From Amoebophrya sp. A120 (Eukaryota > Protista > Dinoflagellata): 64,000 nt of DNA. The DNA lies in NCBI GenBank assembly GCA_905178155.1, contig CAJINV010000001.1, forward strand, positions 2,904,089-2,968,088, read 5' to 3'. A program made the position numbers and the translations under genes. This document shows, in pieces, positions 24,225-34,273 of the stretch; position 1 is the first letter of the stretch, and each line of letters begins with the position of its first letter. Below the pieces are notes generated by a model. The model did not search any database and had not been told where the DNA came from. It saw only the letters and a program-made list of their open reading frames with translations.

Positions 24225-26207
24225 CTAGATCGTCGCCCCGAATTCCGCCATCCAATCCTGGAACCTTTGTAAATCATCATTCCCGACTGAGCGACTCACG
24301 TTCTTCAGACTGGCCAGAAAATCGTCAAAGGTGATTGGCACTTCATCGAATTGCCTTGCCATCTCGGCCACGTTGGCTTTCTCCTTCCGCGCTTTGCGCA
24401 GCGCCTCGCGGTGCTGCCGCATCTGCATCATGGCAGCTTCGCGACACACGTTGGTGATATCCGCTCCGGAGTAACTCTCGGTAAGCGCCGTGAGCCGGTC
24501 AAAGTCGACGTCGGGCGCCACGCGAATGTCGTTGCACATCAGGTCAAAAATCTGCCGTCGGCCCGCCGCTTCCGGCAGAGGGATGTAGATGCGTTTTTCC
24601 AAGCGCCGCCGCAAAGCCTCGTCTAAATCCCAGGGGCGGTTGGTGGCGGCCAGTACCATCACCAATTTCGTCTGCGATTGTTGTTGCGACACGCCACCAG
24701 AACCGGATCCTGCGGAAGCCGTTGCCGCTTGCTGGTCTGCTCCACCTCCCGAATTACTACTTCCGGGCGGATTACTGTTGATTCCGTCCATTTGCACGAG
24801 CAACTCCGACTTGACGCGGCGGCTCGCTTCGTGCTCCGAGGCCTCGCCCCGCTTGGAACCCAGCGCGTCGACTTCATCGAGAAAGATGACCGTCGGAGCG
24901 TAGTACCGAGCCATTTCGAAGAGCAGGCGAACAAGTTTTTCGGAGTCGCCCCGGTATTTGGAAGCCATGGTGGACGCGGAGACGTTCATAAAGGTTGTTT
25001 CGCACTCGGTGGCGACGGCTTTCGCGAGCATGGTCTTCCCGGTTCCCGGCGGGCCAAAGAGCAGCACCCCACGCCACGGCCGTCGGATGCCTTGAAAGTA
25101 GTCGGGCATCGCTAAGGGCATGACGACCGCTTCGTCCAGCAAGTCCTTCGCGGTTTCGCAGCCCGCAATGGCGTCCCAGGAAACCTGCGGGTCGGACTCC
25201 ACACAGTCGCGCTCCAACATCTGAATCAGTTCCGCGTCGGGTCCGTCCATGCGGTCACCATACACGTGCTCCAGGTAGGACACCCGGCCCGAAACAACCT
25301 GCTGATGGGGACCACCTGCACCTGGTGCATGCCCGTGCGACGTGCCGGCTGGCTGCCGCGCAGGGTTGTGGTTTGCGTTTTGTTGCTGAGCCGCCAGTTG
25401 GGAACCTGATGAACCTGTTGCGCCGCTGCCCCCAGTGCTCGCAGATCTTTTTGTTCCTAGTCCAGTTGCCGAGTGTAGTTCGGGTTGCTGTGCAGCCGTC
25501 CAGGGCTTCGCATAGTTTCGCGAACCCCGTCGAGCGGGTTGGGCAGCAGTAGTAGGTGCGCCACCGGCCGTCATGGAGGGCATGGCGTTAGCAGATGATA
25601 AACCGGAAGCAGCAGCTGCGCCGCCGCCAACGGCCCCGCCGGCTGTTCCGGTTGCCACCCGCGGTCCCCGGCTTGCCCACGGAGCAGCGCCTCCACGCTT
25701 CTTCGCCGGTGGCGGGGACCAAATGTCGCCGCCGGACTGCTGGGCCGCGTCATCACTGTTGTTGAGAAATTCGCTCAGAAGCGCGGAGGTGGAGGAGTTT
25801 TTTTCTCCAGCAGCTGGGGCTTGGGCCATGTTTATTTCTCCTTGTTCAGCGCCTTGCGGAAAATTGTGACCGCTACTGGTCACTGCTGTTTTGACGCCCG
25901 TGCCGGTCGCGCCAGGACCGCCCGGCTCACTTTCAAGCGTTTTCCATACGCTCTCTAAATTCTGGACCAGCCTCATCTCTTCGCGCAGCTGCGAGCGGCA
26001 TTGCACCCAGGTTTCGCTGCGACCCCCGAAGTTCTCGACCGTCTGCGCTAGCATTTCGTACACGGCTAGTGCCTCTGAGTAGTTTCCCAGTACTGCTTGC
26101 TCGCGAGCTTGCTGCACTGTCTGCAGCACACTGACGCCCGTCGAGTTGTCCCCGGAGAAGTTGTGCTGGCCCTGCTCGCGAAGCAACACGCTTGCGGGCC
26201 CCGCCAT
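24225..26207 (-). CDS. KATNA1: Katanin p60 ATPase subunit (MIT + AAA), intronless
   Basis: MIT AREQAVLGNYSEA; YFQGIRRPWRGVLLFGPPGTGKTMLAKAVATEC; IFLDEVD; SEHEASRRVKSELLVQMDG; ATNRPWDLDEALRRRLEKRIYIPLP; C-terminal WMAEFG. Confidence 0.95.
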   Translation of the reverse strand: MAGPASVLLREQGQHNFSGDNSTGVSVLQTVQQAREQAVLGNYSEALAVYEMLAQTVENFGGRSETWVQCRSQLREEMRLVQNLESVWKTLESEPGGPGATGTGVKTAVTSSGHNFPQGAEQGEINMAQAPAAGEKNSSTSALLSEFLNNSDDAAQQSGGDIWSPPPAKKRGGAAPWASRGPRVATGTAGGAVGGGAAAASGLSSANAMPSMTAGGAPTTAAQPARRGSRNYAKPWTAAQQPELHSATGLGTKRSASTGGSGATGSSGSQLAAQQQNANHNPARQPAGTSHGHAPGAGGPHQQVVSGRVSYLEHVYGDRMDGPDAELIQMLERDCVESDPQVSWDAIAGCETAKDLLDEAVVMPLAMPDYFQGIRRPWRGVLLFGPPGTGKTMLAKAVATECETTFMNVSASTMASKYRGDSEKLVRLLFEMARYYAPTVIFLDEVDALGSKRGEASEHEASRRVKSELLVQMDGINSNPPGSSNSGGGADQQAATASAGSGSGGVSQQQSQTKLVMVLAATNRPWDLDEALRRRLEKRIYIPLPEAAGRRQIFDLMCNDIRVAPDVDFDRLTALTESYSGADITNVCREAAMMQMRQHREALRKARKEKANVAEMARQFDEVPITFDDFLASLKNVSRSVGNDDLQRFQDWMAEFGATI

Positions 26208-26349
26208 GATGCTGGTGTCGTAACGCAACAGATCTCTAAACTTTGACTTGCATTTACTTCTTCATCTTCACCAAGTACATTAGCTTTACAAATGCCTTGG
26301 CCCACGCTGTCTTGATGAAGATTTAGAGGCGCACTCATTTTCAGCTCTT

Positions 26350-26371
26350 GTTGAGCCACAATGGCTGCAGT
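26350..26371 (-). other. Degenerate dinoflagellate spliced-leader relic
   Basis: Minus strand ACTGCAGCCATTGTGGCTCAAC versus DinoSL DCCGTAGCCATTTTGGCTCAAG (18/22). It lies in sense orientation about 140 bp upstream of the katanin ATG. Confidence 0.6.
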
Positions 26372-26849
26372 CGCTTTTGAACGCAGTCACACGCTCGGGA
26401 AATTGAGATTTGCGATCACTGCAATCGGCAAAAAACAACATAACGCAGAAGCTTTGCCATCCTCATCTAGCTTTTCGTTTTCAACTTTAGCACGGTTTTG
26501 TTTTTCTTGCTATCATAGTTCAGCTCCCTGATTACTCGAATCGAAGTTTGATTGTGTTTGGAAGGAACACCGCCGTATTTAGGAGAGAAAAAGACACGAG
26601 AACGAGCGAACAGAATGACTGCTTCGTACTTGGTTGCCGTTAGCGTTACTCAGATGAGTCGAGCTTTGTTATCAAGATCTACTTGTGTCGCTTGTGGTTC
26701 TTTTCCAGCATAGAGAGGCACCGCAGCTGAGGCACGGCAGCTGACTTGCGGCTACCACGCAAAATGAGAATCTCGGCAGAGATGCCATTATCATCTTCAT
26801 CACGAAGACGAAGAGAGATTTCAATTGACATCTACTATCCAAATTAGTA

Positions 26850-27914
26850 CTATCTCCACCCGTACTTTGACCCCGCCTCCTGGCGAATTCCGCGGCCGGC
26901 GGAGAGTTGCGCGTTGATCTCGCCCTGCGCACTCCTCGCCATCGCCGCCAGGTAGGTGATCTGGTGCTTTTGCTTCTGCTTTTGGGTAACCTGGGTCGTG
27001 GACCCGGCCTCGACCTGGAAGCCGACGATCGCCTCGTCCTGGGTCTGCGCGTTGGCCCGATCCGCCTTCTCGTGTAGACTGGCCATGTAGGACGGGTTTT
27101 GCTCCAGCCATTTTTCATTGAACAATTCTGTACTTGCGAGCGTGTTCAGCTGCTGCGACTCGAACGCCTCGCTGAGGTCCTTCAAATCCTGCTTGGACAA
27201 AGCATTCGCGCCGCCGTACTGCGCCAGAAAAGCGTCTTTCGCCTGCTGCTTCTGGAGTTCGCTCTGCAAGACCGGGTTCTGTTTCTGTGCTTGCTGGATC
27301 TGCTGCTCCTCCTCGTCAGAGTCCCAGTTGTCGATACTTACAGGAGTCGGTTTGGCCTTGTCTCCACCAGCGGAAGTGGTGCTGGTGCCTGTCGCTTTAT
27401 TCGAGCCAGCCGTACTATCTACAAAACCGCCACCGTAGTCCACGTCGTTTGTCGTAAATGCAAGGCCGCTTTCGGCGTTGTTGTTACCCGCATCTACTCC
27501 GTCGTCATCCGAGCTGTCGTAGCCTGATGCTATCTTGCCTTGATTTATCTTGAATCTGCTCCCCATGCTGCTGCCATTCGTGTTCGCCGCAGCGGACGAG
27601 TTTGCGATCTGCTTTTCCAACTTGAGTTCAACATCGTCCGCAAGGTTAGAAGCCGCTTCCGGAACGTTTTTCGGCGGAGGAAGGAAGCCGAGAATCCCCA
27701 CCGACTTTGGCCTGTTGTCCACGGCGCTGATGAAGGGCTTCGCCTTCTTCGTTTTTTTGTCCTCCTCCGAGTCCTCGTCGTCGCTGCCGATTATTTTCTT
27801 GTTCCGCGCCTGCTGCTCTGCTTTTCGCTTCAGCGAGAGCTGCGCCACTTTGGACTGGAAGGGCCTTGTGGAGCCCTTTTCATCTTCGTCAGAGGACCAG
27901 GCGCCGAAACCCAT
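26850..27914 (-). CDS. PRCC: PRCC-like protein
   Basis: C-terminal QKQKHQITYLAAMA...QEAGSKYGW matches the PRCC signature KHQITYL...KYG[FW]. The LPPPKN motif is also present. Confidence 0.8.
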   Translation of the reverse strand: MGFGAWSSDEDEKGSTRPFQSKVAQLSLKRKAEQQARNKKIIGSDDEDSEEDKKTKKAKPFISAVDNRPKSVGILGFLPPPKNVPEAASNLADDVELKLEKQIANSSAAANTNGSSMGSRFKINQGKIASGYDSSDDDGVDAGNNNAESGLAFTTNDVDYGGGFVDSTAGSNKATGTSTTSAGGDKAKPTPVSIDNWDSDEEEQQIQQAQKQNPVLQSELQKQQAKDAFLAQYGGANALSKQDLKDLSEAFESQQLNTLASTELFNEKWLEQNPSYMASLHEKADRANAQTQDEAIVGFQVEAGSTTQVTQKQKQKHQITYLAAMARSAQGEINAQLSAGRGIRQEAGSKYGWR

Positions 27915-28460
27915 TTTGATGCTGGTGCGAAAAGGACAACTGCGGGTTATTGAGTCTACGCGATATTCATGGAAAAGAATCAAACTTCAAGCTAAAAGGT
28001 CCTCTTTTTTTTATCCTGACGCACAGAATCTAAAAGTCAGCTTTTTGATTTTTTCATGTTTGAGTTGTGTAGTCGCTAGGGGTCCTGGAAGTTATCCGAC
28101 ATTCGAAAGGAAGATCAATGTTTTTTTGCAAGTTCCTACTAAGGCACCCCGTTGATCGGATGATTTTGTTTTTGTCGACATGTTTTTTGAATTTGCGTGC
28201 TTGGCCCATTTTTGTGGAGAGTGCGATTTCAAGACTCACCGTTTAGATCTAGATCTCATTCAGCGTGTGTGTGAGACTGTATACGAAATATCTTCTGCCG
28301 AACATCAAGGTTACACCTGTGGAGGCCTTACTCTCCAAGGCACATTTTGACAGGAGGGCACTGTCAAAATTCATCCGTTCATTTTTTCGCTTTCGCTTTG
28401 TCGCACTTGGTGTAGTAAGTAAACCAAAATCTTTTTTATTTCGAGCCGGAAAATATCGTC

Positions 28461-31277
28461 TCAACTGGCCATGACCACCTCGATCTTTTTCCTCGTTTTG
28501 AGCTTTGGTGCCACGGATTGGTTGCTGACCGCTTGAATGGTGTTCTCCTCAGCCTCCTGTTCTCTTTGTCGCTTCAAACTACCCGTCTTCGCCCCGTCCT
28601 TGATTTCTGTTTCCAGAGGCGCTTCCTGTGCCATTTCCGCTTCGAAATCCTTCAATTTCAGTTCATCTGGGAGCGTTTCCCGGGTGCACTGCGTGATGAA
28701 GAGGTCCTGCAAGGATTCGGAGTAGTTCTCTTGCTTCATCATCATCTGGATTCCCTCGCAAAATTTCTCGACCGCGGGCCGCAAGTCTGGCGGGTTGCTC
28801 TTGGTTTCCTCAAGGTCGAAAGTCTCTTTCGGAAAACTGACGCCGACAAACATCTGCTTCCCTTGCGGGAACGTCCTCGTGATGTTCTCCGAGTCGGGAC
28901 CAAGCGGGAACTTGTCCGGGCACGGATGGAGTTCAACTCCGGGAACCATCTGCTCGATCGTGCTAAAAAGGCGACGGAGTTTACTCTCGACGAAGCCCTG
29001 TTTGAATGGATTCATCCATTTCTTGATGTGATGTTTTTCCCTATGAGCCTGCTTGTAGATGTAGATCAGATAAAACAGAATGAGACGCAAAACTTTTTTC
29101 ATAGCGTATGAAAGAATGTATCCACAACTGTACCTCCCATCTATTGAACGCGGTCGGATTTCTCGCGAGGAGCTGCACTCGCAAGTACTGCCGGTGCATG
29201 CCGAAAAAAGGCGCTTTGGCGTACACATCGCTCCACTCCTTGCTGCCCTCGAAGACCGCCTGTGTGTAGGCCCGTGCGCGCTTGATTTCCGCCTGGATGA
29301 CGCGTTTTGTCGCGGGGAAGACGTTGTGGGTGGAGTTCATTGCGGGAAAGGCGGGCGTGATGATGGGCATCAGGTGCTGTCGGTCGTGCGGGCTGTTGTG
29401 CGGGTTCCACACACGCAGGTGGTTCAACCCTGCTTTTTCGCCAATCTGGTCAATGGTCTGGAGCAACACTGGTCGCTCGTAACCCCAGTTCCACTGGTCA
29501 TACACCTGGATTTTTTATGAAGTGATCAATTGTTTCTGCACAAGCCCAGCCACAAGCTCAAACTCAGTTGCAATTCAGAAGTAACTACTTGAATTGTCTT
29601 ACATGTGCTACGAGGCTCTCGCTTTAGGTTTAGTTTCAGCCGTCAACGTCAGCACGCGAAGAAAAAAAAGTTTGTTCTGTACCATGAAAAACCGGTGGAC
29701 GATCCCTGCGGCGTTGTAATTGGGGTAGAGCTGGCATATTCTGGCGACCAGAATCGCCCACACGATACCGCCGAAATAGCCCAGCATGTTGTTGGACACC
29801 CCTCGTCGCTTGCTCCAGTGCTTGATGAAGCGCAGGGCAATGCGGAAGACCTCCACATTCGGCACCAGCCGCAAGATCATTTCGTTCACACGGTTTCCGT
29901 TGATCCCGCGGGCACTCTTCTCGTCGAGCCCGACCAGGAGGGTGTCATCCTGTGGGGAGGGATTGGTTTTGTCTCAGTCACAGGCACCAGAAGTACACAT
30001 AGCGGATCAAAGACACAAGTGAAATGAAGAGAATGCGGCGCTCTGACTTCAGAGCATGATGAAAAAGCAAACAGACAGAACAAAAAGTACCAGTAGTGAA
30101 TCCACGTCCCGCAGGTGCGGCAAGTTCAGCCTCGCGAACCCCAGATCGACCGCTTGGCCTTCGATCATCATTTCGATGAGAGGCGTGTGCGCGGTCTCGA
30201 CCGGGTTGATTTCGGACATTTTGAATTTGTCCTTCACCTCTTCCAGTTTCGCGACCAAATTGTTGAAAAAATGCTCCCGGGTGATGTGTTTGGGCACTAT
30301 CAAATGTAAAAGTGTCTGGGTCTGGAAGACTTTGAACTCTAGAAAAATCTGTATTGCATGACCAGCAAGAGGAGTCTAGTTTGTGCTACGCGGGGAGGGC
30401 GTTTGTCATGCGGAGTAGGCATCAGGAAGCCCGCTGAAAATCTGTGATGCGCGGTCGTGCATTATAGACATCCTGGGTCATGCAAAACATGCATGACAAA
30501 TCTCAGAATCTTCCAGACCCAGACACTTTTACATTCGATAGGCACCACGCAAACGCAATCGATATCGCTGTTCGGTGCCATCACGCCGAGCTTCATACTT
30601 CCGAAGAGAAAAATATGGCGTTCTCAACTGTTACATTCTCAAGTGTTACATGGATTTGTCATGCAAGAATGGGAAAAGTGAAAGGGGGGAGGTTGCATCT
30701 GTAGCATTACAAATTCCGAACAGATTTGGGCGCTGTTTAGCCATTCGCAAATTTGTCATGCGAAGCAGCTTGATCGTGTGGATCTTGATGATCATTTTGC
30801 ATGACAAATCATGTAACAGCTGAGAATGTAACGTTTGAGAACGCCATAAAAAATCTTCGCGCTCGCGAATCGTGCGTCGGACTCATCCAGCTGGGCGGCT
30901 TGCATGCCGATCTGCAAAATTGTTTGATTTTTCACATGAGTTTGCGCTAGGTATTCTGATACATAGATTGGAATCCAATTCCAAAGTCGCTATCAGCAGA
31001 CAAAAGCCATTGAACTGTTTGACGAGTCAACCTCAACATTAGAAGCTTTTCTTACCTCCATGGCCCATTCTCTGACCACTCCTTCTAAGCTCTTCAATAT
31101 TCTGGCTCGCTTTGCCTCCCCCTCTTTCGTTTCCGCCGGTGCGTCCCGGTCCAGCGCTTCCACCATGGGTTCCAGCTGGGATCGGGTTTCCACCGGCGTC
31201 GCGCCCGCGTCGATGGGATCGGAGACACCCAGCGCCACATGGGGCTGGGTGCCGTCGGTGTTGGTGCGCGTGTTCAT
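28461..31277 (-). CDS. PAP: Canonical poly(A) polymerase. Exons 31277-31056, 30911-30849, 30608-30541, 30292-30091, 29949-29683, 29505-29134, 28997-28461
   Basis: FGSMKLGV..SDIDCVCVVP, AVDLGFARL, INGNRVN, LRFIKHWSKRRG, LGYFGGIVWAILVARICQLYPN, MPIITPAFPAMNSTHNV and WEGFVESKLR. Four GT-AG introns and two TIR introns. Confidence 0.93.
30298..30540. mobile_element. TIR introner, family A (PAP intron 3)
   Basis: TIR TATCAAATGTAAAAGTGTCTGGGTCTGGAAGA and its inverse. Perfect TSD GTGCC/GTGCC. Removal gives VVP|KHITREHFF. Confidence 0.92.
30614..30848. mobile_element. TIR introner, family C (PAP intron 2)
   Basis: ~50-bp TIR TATGGCGTTCTCAA..GTTACATTCTCA..TGTTACATG.ATTTGTCATGCAA. TSD TTTTT/TTTTT. Removal gives AKIF|LFGS. 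Confidence 0.92.
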
Positions 31278-32104
31278 CGGTGTCGTTCTAGCTACTCCCG
31301 TGGATGCCGAAAACGCTTCATTATTCGTGAATAAGCATGATCACGGTAAGGGTAACGCTAGCGAAGAGGAATGAGTTTCAAGTGAAATAAGGTTAAACTT
31401 CATGGACATGGTCATGGAGGACTTCTTGTTGCTTTACCTTGTTTTGAAACAGCGCTGTGCAAAAACGTTTAAGTGTATTCAGGATTTTACTTTTAGTTTT
31501 AGTTATAGCTCAGAGTTGAAAAACAAAAACTCGTCATCGACGTACATAATCGAGGATGCAGCCACCTCTTTGTCTGATCCTACAAACGCGATCGCCATCA
31601 AGATCAACTACAAGTTCGTCTTTACTTGGATCTCAAGGACAAAGACCAGCGCGAGCTTTGAGTGCTTGAGTATCACTGGGAACCTTTTGGTCGTCGTGGT
31701 AGGAAGATCGCGGTTTTGCAAAATGGTCGTGCTTGCACTCTGCATCTTTTACCTGAAACATCTACTGCCCAAAATCATGAAGATCTACTACGTGTATCGC
31801 AGTCGGTACAGTACTAGCAAGGAGCGATCATCAAATCAGGTCTCATCTCAGCAGCAATGGAGAACATGAAAAGCCGCATCCTTAGCCAGCATGGAGGCTG
31901 CGACGGAGCCGTGATTTAGGGGCGTCTCAGTCTTACGCTGGAGTCTACTACATGGATGGGTCTTCAATCAGAACTGATTGAGCAAAAAAATCTCGAGCGT
32001 AAATGTTACATCTGAATGTGATGAGTCATGCTATTCGTTTTTGTATTTGTTTTCCGCATTCCTTTGTTTCCTAGATATTGATATTCTGTAGTGCCTATGC
32101 ATGG

Positions 32105-33838
32105 TCAAAAAAGTAGCTGCGCGCCCACAGCGGGTTTTTCGACGACGAAAAACTCCGCTGCGTCTTTTCGTTGTGGAAAACTCTCGTAGTAGTCCTCTTC
32201 CCAGGCCGCTAGAAAGCTGTCCGCCACACTCCGCCTTACCACTGCGAAAACCGACCCGCCGAAACCGGCGCCAAACGCGCTTGAAGCGACGGCGCCCAGG
32301 TCCAGCGCGGCCGCGGGGAGATACGCCGTTTCGGCAATAATGTTGTGGAGGCCGATGTCCGATCCGTCCTGCGATTCCTGGAAACACGTGCGCAGGGTGT
32401 TTTCGAACTTGTTCGCTTTCTCCTTTTCCTGCTGCGCTTCGGAACTACCGGCGAGAGGAGCGGGTGCAGAACTCTTGTAATCTCGCAAAGCGCGCGCCAG
32501 GTGGCGAATGAGCTCCATCTCGTTGGCAAATTGCACCGCCCGTTCGCAGATTGCGGCAGCCAAGGTCTGGTCGACTTCACGGTCGGTATGGCTCATCTCC
32601 ACCAGCGCCGCCTGCAAAACATCTATGGTCGCGTCGTGCGCCACGCTACGACTCTGAGATCCGTCAGTGCTGTCCATCTCTTCAACATTAGGAATAATCG
32701 CACGAAGAGATTGCACCGCGGCTTGCAGAGTAGATGAAGTCGACGGTAGTATATCGATGAGATTTGCAGTTTCAGCTTCCCCCTGCTCTTTCTTCACGTA
32801 TCGGTCTATCCCCTCGATGGCTTTCCGAGCCAAAAAAACCGCGTTGTTGTAATCCTGCATGACTCCGCCGGCTTTTTCCGCCAGCACGCCAGAGCTTGCA
32901 ATGATGAAGACGTAGTCCTCCGTCGGCCAGGGCAACGTCTCGACCACTTTCGCCGGACAGAAGGACAGCCGGGTCAAAACGGAGCTGCTGTTTATTGTTG
33001 CGCCGTCCTCGCTAGCTTGATCTAATTGCTCTACTCTGCCGACCCCCAGAATGGCCGCATGGTCCTCCGAGCCGCCGAAGGTTCCAACCCCAGAGCTCCC
33101 AGCAAGCTGGGTGGAACCGTCGCTAGACGCAAACGGAGCGCCATTTTCGCAGCAACCAAGGTAGGCAGCCAGGTCGGCGGGGTTTTCGCGGAGTTTCTCG
33201 CGAGTGAGAGAGAAGTTTCGGAGTGGTTTTTCTGGTCCTTCTGTATCACAAAGCTCTCCAATTTTCGACAGATTTTCGGCGAAGAGAAAGGCGGCGACCA
33301 CGAGAGCGGAACTGCTGCTCAGACCGGAGGCGCGCGGGAGGTCCGACGCGAAGTAGATTGTCCACGAGCTACGCAAGTGCAGACCGAAGTTAAGGAACAA
33401 CCGGCTCCACGTAGCTGCGAAGTACTTTGCGTAGGACGGCTCCGGTGCGGCCCCCGTAGAACCCTCGTCTTTGGTGCTGCTCGTCCTCCCAGGCGGTAGA
33501 TATATCCAGGACTCTTGTTTTCCCGATGACTTTTTGTCGGTCACACAGTGAACTACAGTGATGGTACAACCGGGCGAATCGTCTGTAGGAGCTTGCTCAT
33601 CTCTGGTTGCGGCGAGCAGAAACCCTTTTGGAACCGCAAAAACGATGGACTCGCCTCCACAATAGTCAGTGTGCTTGCCCGCGAACTCCACCCGCCCAGG
33701 GACCCAGAACCAAGTCGCATTGGTGGTGCTAGTGCTAGAAGAGAGATGTTTCGTCACTTGCGCCACCAACGCTGACTTGTCGCCAAGGCCCAGCTGCTGC
33801 AGCTTTTCTTTTACATCAAATGACTGGAGCGGAGACAT
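32105..33838 (-). CDS. galK: Galactokinase-family GHMP kinase, intronless
   Basis: VPGRVEFAGKHTDY, LPRASGLSSSSALVVA and SAFGAGFGGSVFAVV. Confidence 0.85.
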   Translation of the reverse strand: MSPLQSFDVKEKLQQLGLGDKSALVAQVTKHLSSSTSTTNATWFWVPGRVEFAGKHTDYCGGESIVFAVPKGFLLAATRDEQAPTDDSPGCTITVVHCVTDKKSSGKQESWIYLPPGRTSSTKDEGSTGAAPEPSYAKYFAATWSRLFLNFGLHLRSSWTIYFASDLPRASGLSSSSALVVAAFLFAENLSKIGELCDTEGPEKPLRNFSLTREKLRENPADLAAYLGCCENGAPFASSDGSTQLAGSSGVGTFGGSEDHAAILGVGRVEQLDQASEDGATINSSSVLTRLSFCPAKVVETLPWPTEDYVFIIASSGVLAEKAGGVMQDYNNAVFLARKAIEGIDRYVKKEQGEAETANLIDILPSTSSTLQAAVQSLRAIIPNVEEMDSTDGSQSRSVAHDATIDVLQAALVEMSHTDREVDQTLAAAICERAVQFANEMELIRHLARALRDYKSSAPAPLAGSSEAQQEKEKANKFENTLRTCFQESQDGSDIGLHNIIAETAYLPAAALDLGAVASSAFGAGFGGSVFAVVRRSVADSFLAAWEEDYYESFPQRKDAAEFFVVEKPAVGAQLLF

Positions 33839-34273
33839 GATGTGCTTGGTTAATAATCGCCGCCTTTGCCTGGCGATCAAGGATACGGAAAAGACAACCA
33901 CGAACGACAAAGAGCAGCTGTGACAGAAAAGCAAAAGACAAAGAGCATATCAACTAGAAGCAGCTTGAATTTGGATCGAGGAAAGGTGTCCATACAATAT
34001 ACAAGATCGAATTATTGGCGTTTCGATGTAACACCAGAGGGACGCATGATCTTCGCTGACGCGACTCAACTACTTGCCTTACAGCTTCATCAGGATCGAC
34101 AACTTTAATTTTTTTTGCTGAACAAAAGAAGATGCTGCTCAGAATAGTGAAGCTCACGCCACTCCATCCCTTGCTCGACTAAGAACCACATTCACAATAA
34201 GAATAAACGTTCGTAAATATTGATGGCAGTCATTCTCGCGGTCCGAGCAAGGCGCATCTTGTGCTTGCTCCTT

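Noticed and set aside
8935-30540. Recurrent ~35-bp TATCAAATGTAAAA.TGTCTGGGTCTGGAAGA as a CRISPR repeat
   Set aside because: Copies are dispersed inverted pairs at element ends, with no spacer array and no cas genes.
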